A stretch of DNA of 64,000 nucleotides from a virus. This document shows positions 17,924-27,114 of the stretch, in pieces; positions within the stretch are counted from its first letter, which is position 1, and each line of letters opens with the position of its first letter. The stretch spans positions 1 through 64,000 of IMG/VR virus record IMGVR_UViG_3300010885_046411; one strand, 5' to 3'. The notes under the pieces were generated by a model. The model had not been told where the DNA came from. It saw only the letters and a program-made list of their open reading frames with translations, and ran no database searches. Both the position numbers and the translations under genes were made by a program.

Positions 17924-18102
17924 AGAAAAAACTGCTTCATAAGTTAAACATGGACTTTGCCCGTGTAGGCATACGGATTCTTCCGCATCCTCACGGGCAC
18001 CTAGTCCTCCACAACAATAAGCCCATTGGGCCAGCGCAGACAACTAAAGACAAAGCACGTGCCCAAGCCATCATCTTCTTAGAAAAACAAGCCATAGCCT
18101 AA
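17920..18102 (+). CDS. hypothetical protein
   Basis: Operon member. Confidence 0.55.
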   Translation: MKKKLLHKLNMDFARVGIRILPHPHGHLVLHNNKPIGPAQTTKDKARAQAIIFLEKQAIA

Positions 18103-18124
18103 GCATGGTTGCTATCTTTATGGC

Positions 18125-18310
18125 ATGGTTGCTACCGCTAAAAACGTGCGCAAGTATTTTCCCAATACGTTTGTGTTTCATGGCACCCACGCCCAAAATC
18201 TTGAAAAGATAGCCATCCTAATGCACGTAGGGCTGTATAGGGGGTACTTTGTATTTGAATACGAGCAAGAAGTACGCATTGGCGGCTTCTTGACATCTTG
18301 CGCCAACTAG
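18125..18310 (+). CDS. hypothetical protein
   Basis: TATCTTTA-N4-ATG; 12-bp direct repeat GCATGGTTGCTA at 18103 and 18123. Confidence 0.55.
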   Translation: MVATAKNVRKYFPNTFVFHGTHAQNLEKIAILMHVGLYRGYFVFEYEQEVRIGGFLTSCAN

Positions 18311-18313
18311 CCT

Positions 18314-18781
18314 ATGAAATCAGTTTTTGTTTTTTGTCGGGAGGCCGACATGGGGCACATGGCCCTATATGAAACGGAGATGGCCGAAATACTGCCAGCC
18401 AAGGCCAAGCTGACCTACGGCAGCCACCTAATAGAAATACATAGCATACACATTGATGGGATAGATAAAACCGTAACCTACTTATGTGTCTCCGCCGACA
18501 ACCATAGGGTAACCGATACCAGAGACTTTCTAATAGCTATTGGCTGGAAGAAAGCAGATAAACGGCCTCCTGCCATAGATGAGCAAGCGGTAAACAACCT
18601 CAAACGCAAGTTCTATGCCACCACAGCCGATGGGTTATTGCTGCGTAAGCAGCAGCATAGCAAGGCAAGCATAGATGCGCTAGCCGACGAGTATGGCGTT
18701 AGCCACACTCACATGCGCAAAGCCATAGATAACGCCCATAATAATCTTAGGATGTATATAGAAAACCGTGTCAAGCCATAG
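18314..18781 (+). CDS. protein with C-terminal HTH
   Basis: SIDALADEYGVSHTHMRKAI helix-turn-helix pattern. Confidence 0.6.
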   Translation: MKSVFVFCREADMGHMALYETEMAEILPAKAKLTYGSHLIEIHSIHIDGIDKTVTYLCVSADNHRVTDTRDFLIAIGWKKADKRPPAIDEQAVNNLKRKFYATTADGLLLRKQQHSKASIDALADEYGVSHTHMRKAIDNAHNNLRMYIENRVKP

Positions 18782-18829
18782 CTTTACATGCCGCCTATAA
18801 AAGTCAAGCAATAGGATTACCTTTGTGGT

Positions 18830-19078
18830 ATGATTGATAGATACCTACACCCTAGCACCGTACAAATACAGCCCATAGACACACCTATAAAGCCGAGCTT
18901 TATAGCGCAGGCCAAGTGGCAAGAAAACCCCGATGCGCAATCTTGCACAATAGTAAAAACGCCCGACCACCTAAAGTCTCTGGAGGGCAAGCAAGCACTT
19001 GTTTTCCGTATGTATCAGACGGTCTGTGAAGATGGCACGGCCATTGTGGATGAGCGCAATATTATTTGCGTAGAGTAG
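18830..19078 (+). CDS. GroES-like co-chaperonin (divergent)
   Basis: 82 aa; LHP..V.I.P...TIV...IVDERNIICV resembles the GroES pattern; TACCTTTG-N4-ATG. Confidence 0.45.
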   Translation: MIDRYLHPSTVQIQPIDTPIKPSFIAQAKWQENPDAQSCTIVKTPDHLKSLEGKQALVFRMYQTVCEDGTAIVDERNIICVE

Positions 19079-19215
19079 GGGCGTTTGGAGCGTTATACTT
19101 AGGTAATGTTGCTATATATACACCATTAAAGGTATTTACGCCTATAATGTATTTAATTTACGACACAAATATAATATACCCCAAATAGATTGCGCAAATA
19201 ATCGAACGAAATTTG

Positions 19216-20037
19216 TTATGATTGATGATGTTCATGCTTGTGATGCTTGTGCCTCCACCAAAACAGCCAATCAATAAAACTCTGTTTTCTTTTAATTGAT
19301 TCTCCTAATTCGTAATTTTGTGGGCCAAACGGAGGTGTGCCTCGCCCTTTCCAATTTTGCCCCTTCTCGTGCTTTTTGCTTGTGATGTGTATGCAAACAA
19401 TATCTGGCAAAAGCTCTTTTTTGTGTCTAGGCCAACGATGCTGGTGGATTACATCAGTTCGGTTGTACCCCTCCATTTCCACAGGATAGTCATAGATGCC
19501 TGATTCTTTTGGACACCACATTTGGAAAAATCCGATGTTCCACCAACCATCGCCTTTGTATTGAACCATTCTGTCGCCCACAGGGAATAAAGACATATCA
19601 ACATATACCCATTCTTTGTAAAGCAATCTGTATTCTTTGTGCAAGAACGCATACCATTCTTCCCAAGAATCGCACATAAACCTATCTATCCCATATAACT
19701 TAGTCTTATCAAGATTAGGAGACAATGTTTTTATTAGGCTTTTTGTAACAGCAGGCAAATAGATGTCGGCATCCAACTGAACAACCCACCCATCAAGGGC
19801 CAAAGCCTTTAAGCCTTCATTTATGCCAGCAGCCTTATTTGCCACTGTTTCTCCATTAGCGTAAAACGCATTGGTCTGAACGCATTTTACATTGTGAATT
19901 TCGCAAACTCTTTTGGTGTCTTTGTCTTGGGTGTCCGTAACAACGACTAACCTATCAAACTGCGTTTTTGTGTAGGGGAGTGTATGGCTTAAAATGTCTG
20001 CAAAATCTATACAGACAATGACTGCTTCCAGTTTCAT
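19216..20037 (-). CDS. glycosyltransferase, GT-A/GT2-like (moron)
   Basis: VIVC.DF.D.L..TL, NK...INEGL, WVVQLDADIYLP (DxD), GFFQ.W; AT-rich; own promoter at 20073-20080. Confidence 0.8.
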   Translation of the reverse strand: MKLEAVIVCIDFADILSHTLPYTKTQFDRLVVVTDTQDKDTKRVCEIHNVKCVQTNAFYANGETVANKAAGINEGLKALALDGWVVQLDADIYLPAVTKSLIKTLSPNLDKTKLYGIDRFMCDSWEEWYAFLHKEYRLLYKEWVYVDMSLFPVGDRMVQYKGDGWWNIGFFQMWCPKESGIYDYPVEMEGYNRTDVIHQHRWPRHKKELLPDIVCIHITSKKHEKGQNWKGRGTPPFGPQNYELGESIKRKQSFIDWLFWWRHKHHKHEHHQS

Positions 20038-20149
20038 AAAAAAGGAGTGTTATGCGATTGATTGCCGCACAACAAAGATATGAAATAACCAGTATCCCCT
20101 TTTTGCCAAGAGCAAAACAACCCTATCCTCATAGCCTTATTTTGTAGTT

Positions 20150-22312
20150 ATGAGAATTATATACAACCCCTCTAAAAAAGAATTGTTGCCAGGGGATGAA
20201 GGCCAACGGTGGATAGAGAACAACCGCATATACGAGTGGATACGTGGCTACCTATCTGTATCGCCACCCATACCATCCAATAGCGATATAATCAACTACG
20301 ACAAGCCCCTAAACGAGCGCAAATGGCGGGTGCCCACGCAGCCAGCCTACATGGATGCGCCCCAATACAACTCCGATGGGGCCGTAGCCCTTTCTAGCCA
20401 GCAAAAAGAATACATGACCAAAGAATACAACCGCATAGAAAACGGGATATTCATATACATATACGACACCATCACCTACATAACAGGGGAACACTATTAC
20501 GAACTGTCCTACTTCCCTATGGATGTGGGGCTGAAAGAATACCGCGACCGAGACCGCCGCTTTTGGTCGGTCTGGCGCATGGCTAAACTAGACCCCTTTT
20601 GTTTAGGGGTGATAAAATGTAAGCCCCGCCGTGAAGGAGCTACCTATCAAGCCCTGTCTCTAGTATATCGGGAAATATCTTTGCACAAGTCCACCGTAGG
20701 CGGCTTGCAAGGTAATACCGAGCGTACTGCCAAGCGGAACTTTGGGCGCATAAATAGAAGCCACCGTAAGATGCCTTGGTGGCTGCGCCCATCTTCTAAC
20801 TCTGAGCAGGGCCGTTCTCCTGGCAAAGAGTTAATTTTCCCGCATTTAGAAAGCAAGGTTGTCTATGCCCCCTCAACAGCCCACGCACTTGATGGCGAGA
20901 AGCTGCGCATCTGGTATTTTGATGAGGCAGGTAAGTTAGGGTCTCCAGGGAATATCAACGAAGTTATAGAGGTTGTATCAGAGACCATGATGCTTGGCCC
21001 CGCCCGTCAGGGCATGGGGGCCATATTCACTACGGTAGATGAAGTAGGCGGTAGCCTACAGAACTTCCGCATCCTATGGAATGAGGCCGAACCATTCTAT
21101 AAAGAAGACGATGTAAAAAATACGCACTTCCCATCGGCAAATAGGTTTATACGGATATTCATGCCTACATGGGATGGGCAAGAGGGCTTTATCGGGCCGT
21201 ATGGCGAATCCATTATTATCGAGCCTACAGCCATCCAGAAAGAGTATTTGCTAGAAAGATTTAAAAAGCAATCTAGCATATACGAGAGGGGCTGGGGGGC
21301 TAAGAAATATCGGGATGCCCACATAGCCTCCTTCAAAGGCAATGCCTCTAAGATAGCGGCATATATGCGCAAGTACCCCTCTAGTGAAAGCGAAATCTTT
21401 GGGCTTGCCAATGGTAAAAGTGAGTTTAACTTGGCGGTGTTGCAGCAGGTTCTTGCCAAGTTAGACTACCATAAAGATTTGGCTAGGCGGGGGCACTTTG
21501 CTTGGAAGAATGAAACCAAAACAGAAATCAAATGGGTGGACGACCCAGAGGGTAGATTTTGGGTATCTTGGCTGCCAGAGGACTTAAACGCACAAGCCAA
21601 GAAATTTGGCAACGTGCAGACAACCTTTTCAACGTCTGTAATACGGTGGGCACCCTCTACGCCCGTATATGGGTTCTTGGGGGCCGACCCCTTTAAAAAA
21701 TCGCAGTCAAGAACGACAGGCTCCCGTGGTGGGCTTATAGGGGTTATGCCCTACCAGCCTACTAGTGAATTGTTGGCGGGGCAGAAGATACCATCAGGGC
21801 CATGTTGGTTCTTGTATTATGACCACCGCCCTAGTTCCTTGCAAGAATACTTTGAAGACTGCATTATGGCCTGCCATGTGTACGGGTTTAAGATAAACCC
21901 CGAAGCAAACTTGACGGGTATGCAAGATTATTTTAATGAAAGGGGTTACCAAGACTACTATTATACTGCTTATGAATTAACAGGCAAATACTCTGTAGAA
22001 AACGCTGCCGAGGCTGGCACCAGCAACACAACGGGCAAGGTTATACAAGGTAAGATAGGGCTTATAGATAGGTTTATTGATGGCAATGACCCTATCCTAT
22101 GCCCGTTGCCGTATGACATTATAGAGGAAATCTGGCGCATACCCTTCCCGCCGTTTGTAGAAAGCCTTATGTCGTTTACATTTGAGGAAAGAACACACTT
22201 TGATGATGTGATGGCGGCGGGGCAGGCACTAGAGGCTATGGTAGCCATAGGCCCATCCCGCAAAAAAAATGAATTAGACTATCGGGGCTTGATGCAAATA
22301 CTTACCAATTAG
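20150..22312 (+). CDS. terL: terminase large subunit (crAss-like)
   Basis: YITGEHYY, KPRREGAT Walker A-like motif, YFDEAGK Walker B, LGADPF nuclease motif, HFDDVMA. Confidence 0.9.
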   Translation: MRIIYNPSKKELLPGDEGQRWIENNRIYEWIRGYLSVSPPIPSNSDIINYDKPLNERKWRVPTQPAYMDAPQYNSDGAVALSSQQKEYMTKEYNRIENGIFIYIYDTITYITGEHYYELSYFPMDVGLKEYRDRDRRFWSVWRMAKLDPFCLGVIKCKPRREGATYQALSLVYREISLHKSTVGGLQGNTERTAKRNFGRINRSHRKMPWWLRPSSNSEQGRSPGKELIFPHLESKVVYAPSTAHALDGEKLRIWYFDEAGKLGSPGNINEVIEVVSETMMLGPARQGMGAIFTTVDEVGGSLQNFRILWNEAEPFYKEDDVKNTHFPSANRFIRIFMPTWDGQEGFIGPYGESIIIEPTAIQKEYLLERFKKQSSIYERGWGAKKYRDAHIASFKGNASKIAAYMRKYPSSESEIFGLANGKSEFNLAVLQQVLAKLDYHKDLARRGHFAWKNETKTEIKWVDDPEGRFWVSWLPEDLNAQAKKFGNVQTTFSTSVIRWAPSTPVYGFLGADPFKKSQSRTTGSRGGLIGVMPYQPTSELLAGQKIPSGPCWFLYYDHRPSSLQEYFEDCIMACHVYGFKINPEANLTGMQDYFNERGYQDYYYTAYELTGKYSVENAAEAGTSNTTGKVIQGKIGLIDRFIDGNDPILCPLPYDIIEEIWRIPFPPFVESLMSFTFEERTHFDDVMAAGQALEAMVAIGPSRKKNELDYRGLMQILTN

Positions 22313-22325
22313 TTATATTTGTGCC

Positions 22326-22664
22326 ATGATAAAATTTGTATCGTTCTGGTGGGATATATGTGTAACACTATATCTGCTGGCCCACATACTAGGGCCGACT
22401 GCTATCCCTTGGAATACCGAGGTTGTTTTGTGTATGCAAGTTTTGAGCATGACCATAGACCTAGTTATCATGGATAGGCGTGCTACTAAAGACGAGAGGG
22501 CTATTGCCAGCGATGAGGCGCGGCTAGACCAGATAGAATCCCGCTTAGAGAACCACTCGGAACGGTTAGCCGATGCCGAAATAAAACTTGTGTATCTTGA
22601 CAACGAAGATTTATTGACGGACGAAGATGATGAGGCCGAAGATGAGCCTCAAATAGAATCATAG
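22326..22664 (+). CDS. membrane protein with coiled coil and acidic tail
   Basis: Two hydrophobic segments; TATATTTG-N4-ATG. Confidence 0.65.
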   Translation: MIKFVSFWWDICVTLYLLAHILGPTAIPWNTEVVLCMQVLSMTIDLVIMDRRATKDERAIASDEARLDQIESRLENHSERLADAEIKLVYLDNEDLLTDEDDEAEDEPQIES

Positions 22665-22717
22665 GACATAGTTAATTGTTTTGCATAGTTTTTCATGGTT
22701 TAGATAGTTTTGTACAT

Positions 22718-22740
22718 AGGGCGGCAGTAGCCGCCTTTTG
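22718..22740 (+). terminator. intrinsic terminator
   Basis: GGCGGC-agta-GCCGCC-TTTT. Confidence 0.7.
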
Positions 22741-22786
22741 TATGTATATACCCGCGAACCCTCTGTAAATGCGCCATATTTGCCGT

Positions 22787-23059
22787 ATGCGCTTATTTAC
22801 TATTCTCAGAACTACCTTAACAAACCTTGATGGGCAGTGGTCAGGCAAGCGCATGACCGCCTTCTCGTTTTCGGCATGGGCGCAGTTGGTTATAGCCATC
22901 TTCTGCTACAAACTATACAAAGACAATGTGTTTGCGTGGGAGCATTTCTCCGAGGTTTTATGGACTTTGGTCGCTTTTATCTCTTCTTTATTTGGATTAA
23001 CGGGCTTTGATAGATACCTTAGCAACAAAAATCAGCAGCCGCCGCCTAGCCAACCCTAA
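22787..23059 (+). CDS. holin-like two-TM protein
   Basis: DGQWSGKR followed by two transmembrane segments. Confidence 0.55.
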   Translation: MRLFTILRTTLTNLDGQWSGKRMTAFSFSAWAQLVIAIFCYKLYKDNVFAWEHFSEVLWTLVAFISSLFGLTGFDRYLSNKNQQPPPSQP

Positions 23060-23610
23060 TGGATGTCCCTTTTCAAAAATATGAAGCCTACCTCGCGGGT
23101 AATCAAATCCCCCAAGAGGCGATGTTCTTGGCTAACGTACCAGCAGCACAAGCCCATGACCCCAACAAATGGGCCAAAGAGCAAATAGCCCTATTGCGTA
23201 AGGAGATAGACCATGCGGTACACGCACGGCTACGGGCCGTGCTTACCCATGCGTTCAATATAAAGAACGCGATACAAACAAACAACCCATACGCTACCAG
23301 CAAGCACACCATTGAGGTGTATTCAGGCATGTATTTTATGGTGTTCCGTAGTGGGGGGCATACGATGGTGGGGGGCAAGGTGGTAGATACGCCCGCCGAG
23401 TATGTTACCTTAAAGCCAGCCCTCATAGACCACAACTTTACGGCGGCGGGGTTTGAGGGGCATAATATCCGCATCAAAAGGGGCGGGGTGCATACATTAG
23501 ATGCCCCTACAATTAAAGATGCGGCGGCAAAGATTGTGGCTGAAATAAAGGGGCTATCTTTACCGAAGGCCAAGAAGGCAGAAAAAAGTGCTTCTTACGG
23601 TCTATTCTAG
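23059..23610 (+). CDS. hypothetical protein
   Basis: TAATG-coupled. Confidence 0.7.
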   Translation: MDVPFQKYEAYLAGNQIPQEAMFLANVPAAQAHDPNKWAKEQIALLRKEIDHAVHARLRAVLTHAFNIKNAIQTNNPYATSKHTIEVYSGMYFMVFRSGGHTMVGGKVVDTPAEYVTLKPALIDHNFTAAGFEGHNIRIKRGGVHTLDAPTIKDAAAKIVAEIKGLSLPKAKKAEKSASYGLF

Positions 23611-23612
23611 CA

Positions 23613-24272
23613 ATGGACAAGTCAAAATTTCAGGAGTGCATAGACCATTTATTAACGCTGCCAATAGGTGAGGCGGCGGGGCCGCAGATATGCGCCTATA
23701 TGCCTTTTGTGTATAGCCTAGAATCTCCCATCAAAAATGAACGGGATTTAAGCAAGCGCAAAAAAGAAGCTCTTAAACGGGCCAACATCACCGACCCAGA
23801 CCTACAAAATAGCCTTATAGAGTTAAGCCAAGAAGAATATGTCTCTTTGGCTCTAGCGGCCTTTATATTCTCTAGCACCCGCAAGTGGCAGTTGTATGTA
23901 GCCAAGCAGGAGTTGTTTCAGCAGTGTATGCGTGCCGCCATAACGCCCGTAGCCGCCGAGGACAAAGACCGTGATAAGACGTGGACAACTAAGTATGCCA
24001 ACATACAGAAAGCCACTGCCCTATCAGCCGAACTAGAGGCCATAGAAGATGAGGACTTTGCCGCCGAAAGAAAGATTATTGAGAAGGCCGCCAAAGAAGC
24101 CCTTACAACCATAGCCGCAGGTGGGCTAGAGGCTTTCTTGAAAGAGACTGAGAAAAGTGCCATAACTAGCGAAGAAAAACTTACGCACGGCGAGAGGCGT
24201 ACCGCCGCCGCCGCCCGACCTCAGCCTAAGAAAAAGAAGCTAAAAGATAGCGAGTTTGAAACTAACGACTAA
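23613..24272 (+). CDS. hypothetical helical protein (possible small terminase-like)
   Basis: VYSLESPI...KRK..A; lies near terL. Confidence 0.55.
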   Translation: MDKSKFQECIDHLLTLPIGEAAGPQICAYMPFVYSLESPIKNERDLSKRKKEALKRANITDPDLQNSLIELSQEEYVSLALAAFIFSSTRKWQLYVAKQELFQQCMRAAITPVAAEDKDRDKTWTTKYANIQKATALSAELEAIEDEDFAAERKIIEKAAKEALTTIAAGGLEAFLKETEKSAITSEEKLTHGERRTAAAARPQPKKKKLKDSEFETND

Positions 24273-24300
24273 GCCAAGGGGAACTTCGTACATTTAGTGT

Positions 24301-24972
24301 ATGGATGTAATTTCCTTAGTTGCTGACATATACGGGCAGGTAGGGCGTACTGAGCAGAGTTTTGATGCCAATGATATTACAATGGCAATCAGAAATGCTC
24401 AGTCGCAACTACTCAATGACCTTGTATATGGGGTTAGGAGCAGACAAAAGGGCGCAATGCAGCCCCCTGAAATGCGGGACGGGGCCTTTACGTCTAAACT
24501 GTTAGCTCCCTTCTACGTGCCATTTGGCCCCATTCCCGCTTCTGGAACAGGCAACTTCACCATCGTGGGCGATGATGTTACCCGCCTAGATTACTTGATG
24601 GCTACCTATGCCTCTGGTAAAACATCCCTATGCGACACCATAAACCTAACGCAAAAGGGGTATAGAGATACTTCCTCTACCCTGTTAGTTGGCCCCACAG
24701 AGGCATATCCATCCTTGTGTATCATGGGGAACAATCAGTGGCAGGTATCGCCAGCCCCTACGCAAGTGCAGGGTATCTACATTAAAGGCTATACCGACGT
24801 GGTGTTTACCTTTGATGATACCAAGCCCTATAAGCTATCCCCTAGCATAGACACCCTATTGTGGACAGAGGAGGCTAGACCTTTCTTACTATCTACTGCT
24901 TGCAAAACACTAGGTATATCTGTACGTGATTTCCCACTGGCTGCTGCCGTAGCCCAAGCCGCACTAACCTAA
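24301..24972 (+). CDS. tail ring/tubular protein (crAss-like)
   Basis: One of three adjacent 200-230 aa proteins; N-terminal helices (I.MAI.NAQ) and a beta-rich core. Confidence 0.6.
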   Translation: MDVISLVADIYGQVGRTEQSFDANDITMAIRNAQSQLLNDLVYGVRSRQKGAMQPPEMRDGAFTSKLLAPFYVPFGPIPASGTGNFTIVGDDVTRLDYLMATYASGKTSLCDTINLTQKGYRDTSSTLLVGPTEAYPSLCIMGNNQWQVSPAPTQVQGIYIKGYTDVVFTFDDTKPYKLSPSIDTLLWTEEARPFLLSTACKTLGISVRDFPLAAAVAQAALT

Positions 24973-24973
24973 G

Positions 24974-25582
24974 ATGGAAGATGCCCGTTTAGACATATTG
25001 GCAGAGCAAGCCCATAGGCTGCTGGAGGGGGGCGATATACCCGCCGACACACGCTATTCCCGCAGGGAGTTGCGCCTATACATACAGCAGTGCATAGCGA
25101 AGTTAGCCCTAGACAGGGCCAACCAAGCCGCCCAAGTAAATAGAGCCGATGGCATGAAGCAAACGCTTGAGTCGCCAGCCTCTATGCTCGTTACCCTTGG
25201 CCCTATTAAGGTAGCCACAGATGTAACGGGTAGTTATGTAGTATTGCCTGAGCAAACAATATGGCTTCCTGCTGGCCGCAACTTAGATGCCGCCTATGCC
25301 GTTCGGGCGGGGGCGCAAGTGCGCGACTGCATGGTCGTCAAGCCACAAGATGCTGCCTCTTTACGGCGCATTAAAAATCAGTTTGCGGCCCCGTTTGTAT
25401 GGCAAGAATCGGGTCGGGTGTATGTAGATGGCTGCGGCCCCCTGCCTACGGCCTTGTCGGTACGCATACCCGTAGCGCAAGCAACGGATGAGGGCATAGA
25501 GGTAGAGGCTCTGTCTATGTGCCTACAAGCCTTTGCCAAGAAAAACAATATAGACTTCACCCCTGACCAAACACCTGAATAA
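24974..25582 (+). CDS. tail ring protein
   Basis: GGDIPADTRYSRREL pattern typical of crAss-like ring proteins. Confidence 0.6.
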   Translation: MEDARLDILAEQAHRLLEGGDIPADTRYSRRELRLYIQQCIAKLALDRANQAAQVNRADGMKQTLESPASMLVTLGPIKVATDVTGSYVVLPEQTIWLPAGRNLDAAYAVRAGAQVRDCMVVKPQDAASLRRIKNQFAAPFVWQESGRVYVDGCGPLPTALSVRIPVAQATDEGIEVEALSMCLQAFAKKNNIDFTPDQTPE

Positions 25583-25584
25583 TC

Positions 25585-26283
25585 ATGGTAGGCAAACGGC
25601 TCACGGACATCGTAAACGAAATCCAAATACAAGAAGGGGCAGCACAGCAGAAAGAGGTTAAGATGCTCTTGGATGGGTATGACTTTGTGCGCCGTATGGC
25701 CCTAGATGCTGCGGGGGTGGTTAAGCAGGTGCAGTTTGATATGCCCCTAAGTCGGCAGAAGCAGTTGCCAGAGGACTTTGTAGATTGGGTAGATGTGAAT
25801 GTATGTATCGCTGGCGGTGGATGGGAAAGCGTAGGCACTAAAACACCTACCCGCATAGGAGCCATTGTCCCCGCTAGTACCACAGCCGATGGTGTTAGCC
25901 CACTTACCATAGAGCAGGCCGTTATCAATACAGGCTACCCCAATGATAATGGCTGGTCTAACAAAGTGCTTGAGAGGCCACAGGCCGACAAGCATAAGAA
26001 TTTCTTTGTAATAGACAACGGCCTTATACGGTTTGCGCCAGAGATACCCGACTGCACCATACGCATCTTGTATTTGTCGCTATGCCATACGAATGAGCAA
26101 GAGACTATTTTGCACCCGTATTTTATACAGGCGTGTAAGGCGTATATCACCTATCGGCTAGACCCTACGCAGGCAAGGCAGTATGAGTACGAGAATGAGT
26201 GGTCTAAGGCGGTAGTTAGGCAGCAAGCGTTTAAGTTGCAAGACTTGCTAGACGTATTTTATACCTACACACCAAGACGGTAG
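25585..26283 (+). CDS. tail tubular protein (P22 gp4-like ring)
   Basis: LPEDFVDWV, I.ILYLS, IHPYF..A..AYI.Y motifs. Confidence 0.7.
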   Translation: MVGKRLTDIVNEIQIQEGAAQQKEVKMLLDGYDFVRRMALDAAGVVKQVQFDMPLSRQKQLPEDFVDWVDVNVCIAGGGWESVGTKTPTRIGAIVPASTTADGVSPLTIEQAVINTGYPNDNGWSNKVLERPQADKHKNFFVIDNGLIRFAPEIPDCTIRILYLSLCHTNEQETILHPYFIQACKAYITYRLDPTQARQYEYENEWSKAVVRQQAFKLQDLLDVFYTYTPRR

Positions 26284-26470
26284 TGTAGCGTAGGGAATGA
26301 TATACATCTCTAACCCATTGCTAGGATATAAGATGATTTACTATCTTGACATTTCACTGGCCTTCTACCCTTGGCTTTCACCAAAGATGTTTGAAGCACC
26401 TCCACGTCTGTAACGGGGCGTTTCCCACACCCCGATAAGGCCATAGCCTTAATGTTAATCGCCGCATTTA
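26280..26470 (-). ncRNA. omega-RNA (reRNA)-like scaffold plus putative guide
   Basis: GACGT-GGAG...GTGAA-ATGTC core; ATCTTTGGT-GAAA-GCCAAGGGT stem; terminal hairpin ending in TCAT. Confidence 0.6.
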
Positions 26471-26618
26471 TATTAGCCGCCCTCATTTCCAGAAGGAATT
26501 GCTCCCGTTGTTTAACGGTGGGGTTCAGTTTGAAGAGATAGCCTTGTAGCACCTGACAAAGATGCGAAACGTGGGTTAGATTTATATATTGCTCCCATCT
26601 TATATTTACTAAATGATA
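26296..26618 (-). mobile_element. miniature non-autonomous tnpB element (IS200/IS605- or IS607-derived)
   Basis: Flanked by direct repeat AATGATA (26296-26302 and 26612-26618); contains fused TnpB N- and C-termini and an omega-RNA-like scaffold. Confidence 0.7.
26310..26552 (-). pseudogene. tnpB: internally deleted tnpB (80 aa)
   Basis: MLQGYLFKLNPTVKQREQFL (OrfB N-terminus pattern) joined to NINAAINIKAMALSG (TnpB C-terminal NAAxNI); CATCTTTG-N4-GTG promoter. Confidence 0.7.
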
Positions 26619-27059
26619 AACGTAATCAAAGTCTCTCCCGAACATAATGACCTGCTGGCACATGACTGGCAGGAGGATGTTAGAGGCTTGTTTTATCGGC
26701 AGATATCCATGCCCAAGGGCAAGCCCAAGGAGGAATGGCTACATTGTGTGCTGGCATGGCGGCTCTTTAATGAGGACTTGTATAATAACCAGCGCAAGAA
26801 GATAGACCATATCAACGGCGATACAAGAGACTACACCAACGAGAATATATGCGTAGTCATAAAGACAAAATCTAAGACCCGCCGAGGGCATCTTATCCCC
26901 GTGCAGGGAGCGTTGATTGAGGGGAAAGGGCCGACTAGCTGTTGGGCTAAGTTATTATGCGATGATGGCTGGCGCACATTTACGGCAGAGACCGTAGTAG
27001 AGGCTAAGAAGAAACGGCAGTCGTATATGGATAAATTTGGGTACACTTTTGAAAAATAG
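26613..27059 (+). CDS. HNH endonuclease-like protein (degenerate)
   Basis: IDHINGDTRDYTNENI; the usual DN asparagine is replaced by Tyr; AP2-like C-terminus. Confidence 0.7.
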   Translation: MINVIKVSPEHNDLLAHDWQEDVRGLFYRQISMPKGKPKEEWLHCVLAWRLFNEDLYNNQRKKIDHINGDTRDYTNENICVVIKTKSKTRRGHLIPVQGALIEGKGPTSCWAKLLCDDGWRTFTAETVVEAKKKRQSYMDKFGYTFEK

Positions 27060-27114
27060 CAAAGAAAATTCTTTGTTATTGGGTTGGGGGAGTTAATTTT
27101 GTGGCATACAAATA

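Noticed and set aside
26297-26413. Plus-strand ORF MIYISNPLL...
   Set aside because: Arises from the duplicated AATGATA and is antisense to the omega-RNA; stops after 38 codons.
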